Assembly (NCBI GenBank): GCA_951406725.2
Contig: OX597814.1
Span: forward strand, 76,260,001-76,324,000
Origin: Octopus vulgaris
Taxonomy: Eukaryota
Direction: 5' to 3'
Length of the DNA stretch: 64,000 nt
Shown here one piece after another: positions 50,450 to 64,000 of the stretch (position 1 is its first letter; each line of letters begins with the position of its first letter). Made by a program: the position numbers and the translations under genes. Under the pieces are notes generated by a model. That model did no database searches. It worked only from the letters and a program-made list of their open reading frames with translations, and was not told where the DNA came from.

Positions 50450-51799
50450 ATCTAATGGAGATAATTAAATTGCTACTTCCTGTTCTGTCAATGACAACAC
50501 CATAATAAAAATATAGCCTACTTGACAAATACTATGGTAATAGCTTTCAAACCAAAATGAAATAAAACAAAAACATTAAAATTTGGAAAGCTACAGGTTT
50601 GGACATCTAATCTAAATGGTTTCCAAAGAAACTGTTTATTGACTGCTGGCAATTTGTTGTGGCTTGCCTAGATTTACATAAAAGAAGTTTTGTGAAGGTA
50701 ACAGTGCATGACAAGAACTAGTTCATTTGTACTTTTTGAATATTTATTAGTTGTTATAAGATGGACACCTCTCATGGCATTATGGGACTGATCTAGCTTG
50801 GAGTAGAATGGTGTGCATGTAAAGATATCAAAGTAATTCATCCTTATTAAAAAATTACTTTGAGTTGGTGTTTAGTATAATAATGGGGGAGTTTAGAATG
50901 AAATTCTTTATCGTCATTTGCAATATCATGATTATTATCACCCTTATTTAATGTCTGACTTCCATGCTGGCATGGTTTGGATAGTTTGTCAAGATTTGAC
51001 AAGTTGGAGGCCTACATCATACACTGATTTTCTTTTGTTTACATAGTTTCTACAGCTGGGTGCCCTTCCTAATATCAGCCACCTTACACAATGTACTGGG
51101 TGCTTTATTGTAATACTAGTATTAATGATGATGACCATCTAGTAACTTGTAAGGCTAAGGCTCTAAATGGCCCTTATAACTGAAGGAACAGAAAAGAGAG
51201 TGGTTAATGATTCTAAACAGCCGACTGAGAGAATGGTAAATGGTAAGTAAGAGGGGAGTATGGTAGGGAACAGGGGAAGGGAAGTAATTAATGACAGGGC
51301 TGAGAACAAATGAGATAGAGTTAAAAAGGGGATAGGATGGGTTCTGTAAGATGATGGAGCCAGAGGTATCCAACATTATAAACAGAGAGTATGGATAGAA
51401 GGTGTGAGGGAAAGAGGACAGAAAGGGAGCAGAGTGTGTGTGTCATGAAAGGACAGAGAAGTGGGAATTTGTTATTATTGAGCTTAAATACAGGAATAAA
51501 TACTGCAGTACATGGATATTTTCAACAAAATTTTAGAAACATTAAAAATATACACTTCTTAGAGGCAACAGCAACAAAAAAGTGCAGTATTAACTACTTC
51601 ACAACTGACATCCAGTTTAATAAAAAAAAATTAGGAGCAATCTCAGACATCAATTATGGCAAAAATATATTTCAACATCAGGAAATTGAGAAATAAAAGA
51701 AGCAAAACAGAAAAAAAAAACGTCAACTACCAAAAAGCACTTAAAGAAGGTAGAAACATAATTCAAGGTATAAACATACCAACCTTCTTTACTTCAGTG

Positions 51800-52650
51800 A
51801 AACACTAGGAATCTAAAAACTCAAAAACCTCAACAAAGAAATGCCTATGGGCAGAATAGATGTATTGCTCTCAGCAATATCTTAAACTGTTCATACCAAC
51901 ACTATTAAGTCCCCAGTACCTGGAAACTAAATAGACTAATAATTTTGAATCTTACCTGAAGCAGTATTTTACAGATCACCCTTCTATTGGTACCCTCAAA
52001 AACTTTAACAAACTTAACCTTGATATTGCTAACCTGTGTGTGCACTTTTCCAGCCCACAATGTTGATTCAGACCACTACACTTAATATCCATGTTATTCA
52101 CAAATCTCACAGAAATAATATATGGTGGGTTCAACAATAAATAAAAACTTACATACATCATTCCGACTATTATTGGTATTGGCTAAACTTTTGACTCCAT
52201 CCTTGCTATACACACACACATAATACCATACATGTCCTTACAATAAACCACAATACTCTCTGAAAAATTGTTGTTCACTTCACCAAATCATTTGAAAGAT
52301 CTGTAAGAATACATCAAGTATTGCAATTTTCCAAACAAAGTACTTCAAGGATCCATCTTTGCATTCACATCTTTTAACTTCTCACACACCACAAAGAATA
52401 CACACCATAGTTGTTTTCTCCTACCATATCCTAGATATAGCTGCAAAACAACTCCAACCCTATATCAAGCACTTAGAAAGCTAGCAAACTGACCAAAAAG
52501 TGGCAATTAGCAATCTTACTATTTTGCTTCTGACCAACAACACCAAAGAACATGAGATACAACTAACCACCACACAAACACTCAAAAATATACTCACACA
52601 TATACATTCTAGGAATAATTTCTAAAACTGCTACATTCATAGATCACACT
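51800..52650 (+). mobile_element. Very old LINE reverse transcriptase relic (Jockey/I-like)
   Basis: QC*FRPLHLISMLFTNLTEIIYGGFNNK (cf. QxGFRPxHST...GFN) and VLQGSIFAFTSFNF (cf. GVPQGSVLSPTLFN). Confidence 0.6.
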
Positions 52651-53679
52651 GAGGACAACGAAAGGAAATCATGATTGTGTGTGCACGTGCATGCACACAC
52701 ACTCGTACGCACACACGCACACACATGCACACCCACACACACCCCCACAGTGTGTTCACAGGCTTATAAGATCCATCTAGTTTATGGCTGAGTATCAAAA
52801 CTGGTGACCAGAAAAAAAGTAAAGAACTCACTGGAAAAAAGGCACATTTTATTTAAATACTATAAACAATTAAAGTAATGAAACAGAAAATATTTTAAAT
52901 CTGTTTTTAACTGACCGTACATGACTTATACACAATTTATATATGATGGCATTACACGTATGTGAAACAAAAAGCTTTTTCTTAATTTCTTAAGCAAAGT
53001 AAAACAATGAAACAAACAATTTAAGTCATTTATTGACAATATATGACATGTACAGATTGAAATTACCTTACATAGCACTGTGGCATTACATATATATGTT
53101 CAGACTTTTTTCTGTAATTTCTTGGATTTGCTGAACTCTATGCAATAAATCACAACACAAAACATCATGTTTCATATTATCACAAGTTGCTTAAGACCAT
53201 GCCTACTGACCACCAAGAACAAAAATATTCAAAATGGAAGACCACTTGACATGTGAGGAACAGAGCTTTTTACTACTGCACAATAGATTAATCTCAAACA
53301 CCAAAAACACATGAAGAACATTGAAAAACTTTTTTACAACACCATTCTAGGAAAACTATCCTTCCTGCTCAGTCCAGACACACAAAAAAGTAGCATTTAT
53401 AACCTCATTAGTTTCAAATATTTTACTAGGATGTACATCACTAGAAATTAATGCACAAGAACTTTCCTTCTTCTTCCTCACAGTGTCTGCCTCAAGATTT
53501 TACAAGCACACAGGAACAAATGAGACAGCTTAGAAAGTGTCACTGCACCCATTATGATAAAACTACTGTATGCCACCATACAGTGTGGTCTTCAATCAGG
53601 TGGAGTTAATGTAAGAGTGCTAGATCTTGCACTAGTCATTTGACCAACTAACTACATTATGTTGTGGGTCTGTTTATTC

Positions 53680-54521
53680 TACAGGGTGTTTAGGCTAAAT
53701 TTGACAATTTTTATGTTTCTTTTTTTTCAGGAACAGCTTAATGTATTGGTGAACCTTTAATGGCAATGGAGAGCATAAAAATTAAAGTTGTATTTGAGAA
53801 AAAGTTGACTGACATCGAGGACTGGAGGCCATCTGAATATTGGAAAAGAGTTACCTGTATCATGATGATTTGCACTGGGTATCAAAATGCCTACATCATG
53901 ACAACTGCTCAGTGCTATATGAACATTGTAAAGGCTGTAGGACAGTTGCCATGAAAACTATGAAGCTGTGGTCAGTAGACACTCTGATGGCATTTGCATG
54001 CTGGAATTCATCCTCACATCTTTGAACAGGGCCTTAAAATCAATTCAGACAGCTATATGAAGCTGCTGGAGAGTGGGTCAATCCCTGGTTTGAGAGTCTT
54101 GTTGCTTGAAGGTCATATGTGTGGCAGTAAGACTCAGTGTTGTGCTATTACTCCAGAAAGAGTCAGACGTGGTTGTCAGAGAATTTCTACAACTTTGCCA
54201 GCCCCAATTTCTGGCCTCCTCATTCCCCCTGTTGTAATCCCATGGATTATTATATGTGAGGCATGGTTGAGAAAGACACCAACTGCTCTACCTGCAACAA
54301 TGAGGCTGAGCTGGTGGCCAAGATCAAGGCAGTGTTTGAAGATCTTCTCAGTGAGAATACATGCACCATCTTGAGGCCATGGTGGAGACTGAGGGTGATC
54401 ACTTTGAATAAACTGTTATCTCCCAGCCATAATTAAGTTGAAATATTTTTGTTTTGGGGTGGGATATTGTGTTTTCTTTTCCTTTTATACTAACTGTGAA
54501 ATTTAGCCTGAACACCCCGTA
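53680..54521 (+). mobile_element. Deleted Tc1/mariner-superfamily transposon (maT/DD37D-like)
   Basis: TIRs cagggtgtttaggctaaattt / aaatttagcctgaacaccccg with TA ends; FWPPHSP..CNPMDYY motif. Confidence 0.8.
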
Positions 54522-56511
54522 ACATGAATGAAGATTTCCTTTAGATTCAAATAAAGTCATCTCATAACATGCTGGAACTAAGATGAACCTCTAAAACCTT
54601 CTGTAATTCAAATACATCTACTATGACTTGTTTTCTTTCAACTTTTTTAGTTATGTTGATTCTGATAATTGAATAGATTTTCTCCAAAAGCTTTTTGTTT
54701 TGTATTGTTTTCTGCCCCACCTAGAATAACATCAGTGGCCTTCTTCATTTTAGTTTGTAAGATTTTGTAATGATTTGATGGATAAATACAGCTAATAAAT
54801 AAACTCATATTTCTCTTGAAGCAAACTGTTATTTTCTATGTTTACATTTATTGAGTACAATGGTATTGATTATTTTACCTTACTGGCCATTCTTTCATTG
54901 ACTTTTAGGCAATCTGTACAAGCATACAATGTATATTGGGGAAAAGAAAGAGAATGAGTAAAAAATGTCCCTGTGAGTGTATGTGTATGTATGTATATAT
55001 GTATATATAAATGCATGTGAGTATATTTATGTATGTATACATGAGTATGTGTTTATTTAGCAAATAACTAAAAGGAGAATCAATGATTGAGTTGTAAATG
55101 TATTGCACCAGTCTGTTAGATTAGAATTAAAATAAAAATCTGATTCTAGTGATGTGTTAAGCAAGACACACTGCATGTTGAAATTTTGATAGCAGTCTTT
55201 CATTAATCATATTCAACTTATATCGAGAAAAAGGGTTTGATGAGAAATCAGAATAGTTATAATTTTATCATTCTGTTTAACAAATAAAAAAAAAAATTCC
55301 TTGATATCAAGAAAGAGCATGTCATAATAAAATATACACTCAAGTGGTTCATGGAAATGCACAATTCATGCTGTTCAGAAAATTAATTCAAAATACTATT
55401 ATTAATAAAATGTGGAAAAAAATCATACAAGTCTTTATTATTGGAAATAACATCAGTCATTGATCCTTTGTAGAATATGTAGGCTCAATAAAATATACCT
55501 AGTGCTTATGAAAATATGAAAAAGATTTAGGATTTTGTTTGATTAATCAAACCATTCATTTAAAATTAATTATGAGAGGGCTGGATACCAAAAATCCATT
55601 CAGTGAATAAAAAAAAAACAGTGCAATATCTGGTTTAAGTAAAGAAGCAAACTGGACCATCAAATATTACACTACTTAAGGAAAATAAAATAACAACATA
55701 CAACTTCCTTTTAAAAAGAAACAAAAAAAAACTATGAGATTAGATTTTATATTTTTACAATTTACCATAATGATAAAATAACAAATTTAAGGTTTGTGAG
55801 TGCTTTGATAGTTCTCTGACACCAGCAATTGAGAACTGTCTCAGTTAGCAATTGTTAAATCTGATTCTCTAAACTTAACTATTTCACTTGGAGATGTCAA
55901 GTATAATGGTAGATCACACATTGAGTCAGTGTCTTCTCTTACATTACTTTTCCAAATGTTGGCAAACTTGTTTTATTCCAGTAGTTAAGCTTCTCCTAAA
56001 GTATTACTTTCATGTGAATATATTTTTTTTCTTTTTACAAACAGAAGAGATCAAACACCAACTGCTGACTGACATTGAAAAAGTTGGAAGTAGAGATCAA
56101 GTTGAATGAAATTCTCCAAAAACAACATTTACCCAATGAGATTCAGGAAAATTCCTTCACTTTAAAGCTAACAATATTGACTTCCATATTGTATTTCATT
56201 GTTCATTAGCTCTGGTGTTGTAAGGGATGATTCTATTTCACTCAATTCTTTAATTATAGAGATAATTTGAGCTCTTCTATCACAGTTAATAGCACTGGGA
56301 GTACCATCTAGAGAGAACACTTTGAGATATTAATTGCTTATAAGGTGATATCGACACAAAGAAAATTTAAAAGGCAATATGAGTATTATCATTTGATATC
56401 TGTTTTGAGCTTTTTTTTTTGGACCCACAGAATTTTATAAGATACAGTCCATAACCTGAATAGCTTTTAGATGATGTTGATCTATAGAATTGTGACCAAA
56501 ACAACTCACGT

Positions 56512-56740
56512 CTAACCTTAACCATCTTGATACCAATTCATCTGTACTGCTTCTGATTCTATGGTAAAAACTTCCTTTTTAAAGTACTCTAAATTAAAGT
56601 CTTTCATCAAAATTTCCTAAGTTATGCTCCAAGCATCAGCTTAATAATGACAATGTTATTTCACTAAATTCTTTATTGGTTTCAAAATTAATTGAAATAA
56701 AGGCAGTGTTTTTGAATAGAAATATGGTAACAAAGGTTAA
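56512..56740. mobile_element. Degenerate piggyBac-like MITE
   Basis: Ends taacctt...aaaggttaa; an apparently related inverted copy at about 60390-60650. Confidence 0.4.
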
Positions 56741-56773
56741 AGAATGCAATCTCAGCATTGTAAAGTATCAAAC

Positions 56774-57010
56774 TATTAGGTTGATAGGAAAATAATGGCT
56801 GGTTTTTAAAAATAAGCCTATATTCTTGAAAACAGAACTTATACAAAGGTTTAATTATTCAAAATATGATCCCTGAACAGCTATGCATTTCTCCCATCGA
56901 TTAACAAGGTCATTTATGCCTCTTCAATAAAAATCCAAAGGTTTTTATGCTGAAAAATCCTTGAATTCAGTTTCGATCTCAGTTTTGGAATGGAAATTGT
57001 TTTGCCCTAA
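56774..57010 (-). mobile_element. Mariner 3'-end fragment
   Basis: TIR-like tattaggttg; minus-strand GINDLVNRWEKCIAVQGSYFE is a typical mariner C-terminus. Confidence 0.7.
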
Positions 57011-57864
57011 TGTTTTGCTCTCAATTGACTAGTATTTTACTATGACATGCCCTTTCTGCTCTCAATTGACAAGAGCTAGGGAGTGGTTATAGTCATTCTG
57101 ATGCTCCAGTAAAACAGTGAGTGCTAGAAACGCAACTCTTCAGTAGAGGCAGTTTTAATTATTAACTTCAGCCATTGCTCTGTAATACTTCCACCATTAT
57201 GACACTAATAACGTGACATCATCTTTGTAATATCCGTGAATCTGGTGAACTTATCTTCTGTTCATATCAGGTAAAATATTAAATATTCTTGACAGATTTC
57301 ATAATCTAATTTGTAATTTTCAATCGACTTTGTATCTTTAGGTTTTTAATGACATTTTTCACTGGGCAAATTTAAGAAGTTAACTCTTTAACAGCAAAAG
57401 TTAACTCTTTAACTGCAAAATTACACTTTATTGTTATTCCAGTAATGATGTTAGATGTCTGCCACAAAATAGAATTGGTATTTTCTGAAAATCAAGCTAT
57501 TTCAACAAACTTAACATATTTCAATAGAATAAACTGGTGTAGATAGACTAGTGTATAAAACTGGTTTCTACAGTTAAGAGTAATGTAATTTTGAGTAGAT
57601 ATATTTGATTTCTACAGTAAAAAGGGTTGAATTACTAAGTGGATAATGGCTTCAAATTTGTCACAGATGTTTCTCTCTGTGTCTGTACCAGGCACATGAT
57701 TCTATGCTCCTAGAGAGCATGTTGACTTGGTATGACACAATGAGCTGCATTATTAGTCATTCATATCTTGTTAGCTACATAGTGTCCATGGTCAAGACCA
57801 TACACTCCCAATGAAGTTAGTTTTTTGCTAAAATGATTAAAGCAAGGTGTGTGTGTGTGTATGC

Positions 57865-57894
<30 letters not shown>

Positions 57895-57896
<2 letters not shown>

Positions 57897-60125
57897 CATC
57901 ATCATCATTTATGTCCGCTTTCCATGCTGGCATGGGTTAGATGATTTGACTGAGGACTAGTGAACCAGATGGCTGCACCAGGCTCGAATCTGATCTGGCA
58001 GAGTTTCTACAGCTGGATGCCCTTCCTAATGCCAACCACTCCGAGAGTGTAGTGGGTGCTTTTACGTGCCACTGGTATGAGGTCCAGTCAGGCGGTACTG
58101 GCAATGGCCACTCTCAATGGTGTTTTTTATGTGCCATCTGCACAGAAGCCGGTCCAGCAGAACTGGCAATGACCACACTCGAATATTTTTTCACATGCCA
58201 CCGGCAGAAGTGCCATTAAGATGACGCTGGTAATGTTCATGCTTGAATGGTGCTTTTTATGTGCTAGGAAGCCAGTCAGCTTCTCTGGCAATGATCACAC
58301 TCGTATGGTTCTCTTAGCGCTCCACTAGCACGGGTGCCAGTCATCAAATTTGATTTCGATTTCTCTTGCCTCAACAGGTCTTCGCAAGCAGAGTTTAGTA
58401 TCCAATAAAGGAAAGCTACACATAAGTGGGCTGGTTACACCCCTGGCATAGGCTATGGGTTATGGTCTCACTTGGCTTGCTGAGTCTTCTCAAGCACAGC
58501 ATATTTCCAAATTTCTTGGTCACTAGTCATTGCCTTGGGGAGGCCTAATGTTCGAAGGTCGTACTTCACCACCTCATCACAGGTCTTCCTGGATCTATCT
58601 CTATACCTGACACTGCCAGATATTTTGAGTATCTCTGCAGTGATTCCTGATGGGCTGGGGGCTTTCCCTGTCTTCATACTCTTAATTGCTTTATCTACCA
58701 AGGTACTGTCAATTTGGATAGCTGGTTCCTCTGTTGGGTCGACATTTCCCCCATTCATTCTCTTTATTGAGAAAGCTTTCATAGTGGCATCTCCAAATCT
58801 CTCCCTTGGCAGCCTCATCTAGTGCAAGTGAAGCATCATCCATGCAGACACATTTCTCTCCTATGACATCACGATTCTCTCTCACACACTGTCTTGCAAC
58901 ACGAAATACTTCAAGTCTTTGGTCCTCACAGCGCAGAACATTGGCAAATTTTTCTTATCTGCTTCCCCTCTGGCTAAATTACACCTGTCTCCTAGCTTCC
59001 CTTCAGGCAGTCTGATACAATTCCCTGTTACCACCATCCTTCCAGTCCTTCCAAGCTTGTTTCTTTTCTCTAATATCCCTGTCAACAACATTGTTCCCCC
59101 ACCACGTTATTTTGGGTCGAGAGGGGACTTTCCACCATCCACAGATCTGGTCAGTGGCCCTCAGCAGGTTGTCCCATAGAAACCTCCAGTTGTCTTCCAC
59201 ATCGTGTGAAGCTATATCCCCTTCCATTTCATCAAAAGCTTCGAGCATTATGTCTCTAAATCTCTGTCCATTTGCAGGATCATTAAGCTTCCAGACCTTT
59301 CTCCTCCATGCTGGTCGTCTTCTGGGCATCCATTTAGCCCTGATCCTGAGGTTGCTAACTACCAGTCTATGATGTGGGGTACATTCTTCAACTGGGAAGG
59401 TTTTGGCATTTATAAGCAGCCATCTTTCCTTTTTCTGGTGAGGATGTAGTCAATTTGGCTAGTGTGTCTGCCAGATCGGTAGGTGACTGGCTGGTTTCCT
59501 GAAGTTAGTATTGCAAACCATAAGATCATTTGCATTGCAGAATTCCAGCAGCCTGGTTTCCTCCTCATTGTGGGAACCAAAACCATAGCCTCCTTGTACG
59601 CCATGGAAGCCCCCTGTATGTTGTCCAACATGTCCATTGAAGTCACCAGCCACAAAGAGAAGGTCACTGTCATTTGTCAACGAAGTAGTCTACAAGAGGG
59701 TGTCATAAAATTGGTCTTTCTGTCCATCAGGTAGCCCCAGCTGAGGGGCATAGGCCAAGATAATGGTTGCTAACCCATGATGAAGCACTAATCTAATCTT
59801 AAGTATTCTGTTGCATACTCTGACTACCTTGATTACCTTATCAAGCCATTTCTTCACAAGAAGTATACCCACGTCCCTAATCCTGTCAGTGTTCCCTGCT
59901 CAGAAAATCTTGTACCTGTGTTCTTTGCCTGTGAGGAACCTAGTGGAACCTCCTCTCCACCTTACTTCTTGGAGGCAGCACAAATCGACACATCTCCATT
60001 CAAGCATCTCAACAATCTCACCAGACCTACCTTTCAGTGTGCTGATGTTCAGAGTGCCAATTCTGAAGGTGTGGGAGGTGTGGGCCCGTGAGACCCTGGG
60101 ATGGGGGACACCAGCGTCATGTACC
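57895..60125 (-). mobile_element. RTE-clade LINE with APE endonuclease and linker, RT core deleted
   Basis: ILAYAPQLG, VAGDFNGHVG, SQIDYIL, WWGNNVVD, MKTGKAPSPSGITAEILKISG joined directly to RDRSRKTCDEVVKYDL; 3' UTR with subrepeats and (GAT)n tail. Confidence 0.92.
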
Positions 60126-60689
60126 TGAAAAGAAAGCTAGCATATGGCACAATTCATAATATTATATGGAAAAATGCAAGCATGAAAAGTAATATTCTTA
60201 AGATTATAAACCTGGAAAAGTACAGGACAAGTTATTACACCTGGAAAAGTATAGGACAAGCTATTACTTCTAGTAAAGTAAAGAATAAGAATCTTTTTAC
60301 TTAAAATACTGCAGCAAAGAATGCCAGTTCTTCTAATTTATCACTCTTCACAGTCCTCATCTTTTAAATTTATTGTACAAAACTGTTCAGCTAATTTGTA
60401 AGTTTGTCTAATTAGTCACTTTTTTCTGTATTTAAGGTTGTAAATCAGCCAAATTCTACTTAAATAAGTATAGTGTTATTTGTAAACTATAATAAAATAA
60501 TTTTTAATATTCAAATTTAATATTCAAATTTATAATATTCAAATTAGGAACATAAAATATAACTAAGATTTGGTGGAAGATTTTTAAAACAAGACATTTG
60601 TACTACAGAGCAAGAGGTGGTTTCAGCTGGGTTGATATTGAAAGGTTGATAATGTGGAAGGAATATGATTACATTCTTTTTTAAACCAC

Positions 60690-61350
60690 AGTGAGGCTTT
60701 ATAAAATATCAGCATTTCTTTATACTGATGTCCTCATCACAATTCCATAACAGCACAATTTTCTTTCTTGTACACTACATGTGATTCTTCATATGCCCAA
60801 TTCTTTTCTCAGCACATTTGTTCTTAATCATTCATGCACACTTACTTTGCACATCCATTGGAATAAACTAGCTTTATTTTTTTTTTCTAGTTTTCTCAGG
60901 TCTTCTTCATGTTGCATTTCCATGTACTTCACTGTTCTAATACAAGCATCATTCAGTCTGAGGGAAAAGAGCATTTTTGCTAGCAGTGGTAGTAAATCCC
61001 TGGACTTTTCCAACCCATTCTTATCCTAGCTACTATGCTTCCAGAGCAAGCACCTCCCGACAAACTGTGTCTTCTAGGTAACAAAAGTTATTGACTACCT
61101 CTAGTGAGTCATCAGGCATTTAAGAAACTCTGTTTCTGGTGTGCTCAGAGTATGCTCCAGTGCATCTGTCACATGTAAAACTTTCTCTGTTAATTTGTCT
61201 GTGATTCTACTTCACCTCTTAAGTGTCCATAGCTTATATTAGGTACAGTGTATGGAGTTTATACCAAACTCTTTTCTGCATATTGAGCAAAGCCATTTCC
61301 TTATCTACCTACAAAAATCTTGTCTTTGCAAAGTTTACCTTGAGGCCTCC
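60690..61350 (-). mobile_element. Old decayed RTE LINE RT C-terminal fragment
   Basis: EKSRDLLPLLAKMLFSLRL..ACIRTV resembles AKFRELLPLLATKGLSLRL at 17072-17359. Confidence 0.7.
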
Positions 61351-63208
61351 CAACCGCAGGTCTTACTACTATTCCTGGAAATTCCTCTCTGATTTCACCA
61401 TATATCTATCAATTACACATGGTGAAAGTATGTATGTGACCAAGTAAGACCACATCTTAAACTCTTTTCATTCTAAGGAACACTTTTCATTTGGTTTCCT
61501 TAATGTTGATGATGTCTCATATGGCTCTTAAGGCCTGCAAGCTACTTGCAAGTCATTCCATATTGATTGCAAGTTTGCTTACCAGCAGCAGCAGCAAGCC
61601 AACTATCTGGATATTGGGATTGATAATACTGTGTGAGTTCACGCCACAGGTTGACCTACATACTTTGTTACACAAGGTGCACATGAAATTGAACTAGACA
61701 GGTGTATTTCTGTGACTACATTTGATCTGCTTTAGAGAAGCAGACATGCCACACTGGTCTTTTATACCCTTCTCAGGAAGAGGGTTTACATCTTCCATTT
61801 CTGTTCAGTCTTTTGTTCTCAAATTCTTTAACAGCAGAAATTGTCAGATTTCACCATAGATGCTTATCTGATGTGGGACTTTCCCAGTTGTTAGTATCAA
61901 TATTGATATTTTTAAAAGAGAGAGAGATATACACATACACACACACACACATGAGCACAGACACAGCTGTGTGATTGAGAAGTTCACTTCCCAACCATGT
62001 TGCTTTGGGTTCAGTCCTGCAGTGTGGGACTTTCAGCATGTATTTTCTATAGCTCCAAGTGACCAAAACCTTGTTAGAAGATTAGGTAGCTAGTGTAAAA
62101 ATCTTGTAATATATCATGGCAGTGTCCTAGCAGGACCACAGTCTCCAGATGAAACACAATAGAATAATAGAGTATGTGCCCGTGTGTGTGTGTGTGTTAT
62201 GTAAGGAATAGATTTTGTTTCAACAGCTGTGCTGAAGTTTTATTTGTTTTACTAAGGATTTTTCCTATTTCCCTATTAGTCATTAAGATTTTGTTTAAAA
62301 CAGTCAAGTTCCTACTTCTATTGATGTTTATAGCTTTTACAGTCTTATCTTTTGATGAATTGGATATTGACATGTGTTAGAGCTGTTTTAGAGTGTGCTA
62401 TCTACTTTTGCAACAAGAAACCACTGTAACAAATTTACAATGTATAGCTATTACATCACATAAAACAAAACCAGAAAATAATAATAGTTTATTTGTTGAT
62501 AAGACACTCCTCTGATATAGAAATTGGAAGTTTATAAATTAAAATACAATACAGCACTTATGAGTCATTTTAACTCTTTGATAGAGCATTCTAATAACAA
62601 ATAATGATCACTTTCTAATTACTGAAAAACATTTAGTCAAAATTTCAAATAATCACCACAACTTCAATCTGATGATTGCTGTCTAATATACAAACAGCAC
62701 AACGCACATTACCAATGACCCACTTCATCTAGATCTGCTAACATATGTGGTTATTTGACCTGATAAAAATGCCATTGACATTTCCTTAACTCTAAAATAA
62801 ATGAAGGCTACGTTGGATGATAATTGTTCTGATTATATAAAAATATGGTCTGGCACTCTTTGGATCATAGATCTGCTTGATCAGACCTGTTTTGAAGCGT
62901 GACTACAACTTCATCAAGAAGATAAGATAGGGAAAGTTCAGAAACATCAACGGACTTAGCAAGTTTATTGTTCCAAACAAAATGTGAAGGCTAAATAAAG
63001 AAGAAAAATCTTTAATAACAATAACTTTTCCAGTTCATTCTTATCCTAGCTACAATACTTTCAGAGCAATCCCACTCCCTGCCAATTATATCTCTTAGAT
63101 AAGAAAAGCTACCAATTACTAGTGAGGCATTCAAGCATTTAAGAGAATTTATTTCCATGATATTCGCAGCATGTATTGCTTCAGTGCATCTATTACCTAC
63201 GAAACTTA

Positions 63209-64000
63209 TGTAGCGTATGCTAGAGGGAAATTCCTCTCTCTCTGTTATATATACATAAATATGGACGTAGTAGATAACAGCTAGCCATAGGCCACCCTTT
63301 TGGACCCTGTTGTGTCCACTACTCTGATTGGTTGGTATTGGTGCAACTTGTCTCTTGCTCTAATGCACTCCAATATGCAACCCAACCAATCACAGCCTTC
63401 TGATAAGGTCACATGAGACAGTCTCTTCTAAACCTCCGGTGGGCTGACTTCACCCTATAAAACTCTAGCTTCACATTGAGTCGAGGTCTTTCGGTTCCAA
63501 AGTCTAGCCACTGACCACACAAGACACAGCCAGTTCCAGTGACAAAACAACAGCAGCCATGTGGAGAGTCACCAACTTTGTCCAACAGCATTCGGCAACC
63601 TCCATCTCTGTTGCCACCATTCGTCCCAACGTCAACATCTCTCTACGTACTCACACTGGTTACAATACTGCACTGTTCAAGAATTACTTCACCATGGATC
63701 AATAGTGAATATACAACCTGCAAGAACTCCTGTACCAAGTAACCCAGGCAGCAGCATTACAGCCACAACTTCGTACAACACATACTGCTCCAGCTCTACA
63801 TCATCACCGCAACTTCTTCATACAGCATTTCAACTATCGTGTACATTGACTATGGACTGGTATTTATTATCTTTGTGTCTGAACATTCTTCTAACGTCAT
63901 ATTATAGACTCTTTCAATGCTCTGTACTTATCGCACATGCATACATCCATGTTTGTACACACACACTTTGTTCCCATGACGGCCTGTCTTTTATTATTCA
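63209..64000 (+). mobile_element. LTR of the same family as 902-2000, running off the window end
   Basis: Starts TGTAG; CCAAT/ATTGG boxes and ctataaaa; terminal catgacggcctgtct matches the reverse complement near 1115-1129. Abuts an RTE fragment (about 63030-63200). Confidence 0.7.

Noticed and set aside
56020-56110. Acceptor-like pyrimidine tract plus CAG before EEIKHQLLTDIEKVG
   Set aside because: Short, ends in a stop, no partner exon or homology recognised.

Overview
AT-rich, repeat-saturated eukaryotic non-coding DNA. The SINE and LINE repertoire resembles octopus (coleoid cephalopod) repeats; this is an inference from pattern recognition, not a search. I cannot support any intact host protein-coding gene, and most listed ORFs are microsatellite or palindrome artefacts. 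The window holds decayed RTE-clade LINEs, an internally deleted Helitron, several Tc1/mariner relics and MITEs, two related LTRs, many tRNA-derived SINEs and a truncated U2 snRNA copy. The notable part is 43.1-50.1 kb, a (TA)n-rich cluster of ORF-less Penelope-like repeats carrying hammerhead ribozyme (HHR) motifs. It includes (i) a 479-bp tandem dimer with two intact type I HHRs (retrozyme-like) and (ii) two sequence-unrelated families whose hammerhead core segments lie in a non-circularly permuted order (cleavage strand, then GAAA strand, then CUGANGA strand), supported by pairing and covariation among five full copies and one partial copy. All structures were folded by eye and need computational and biochemical confirmation.
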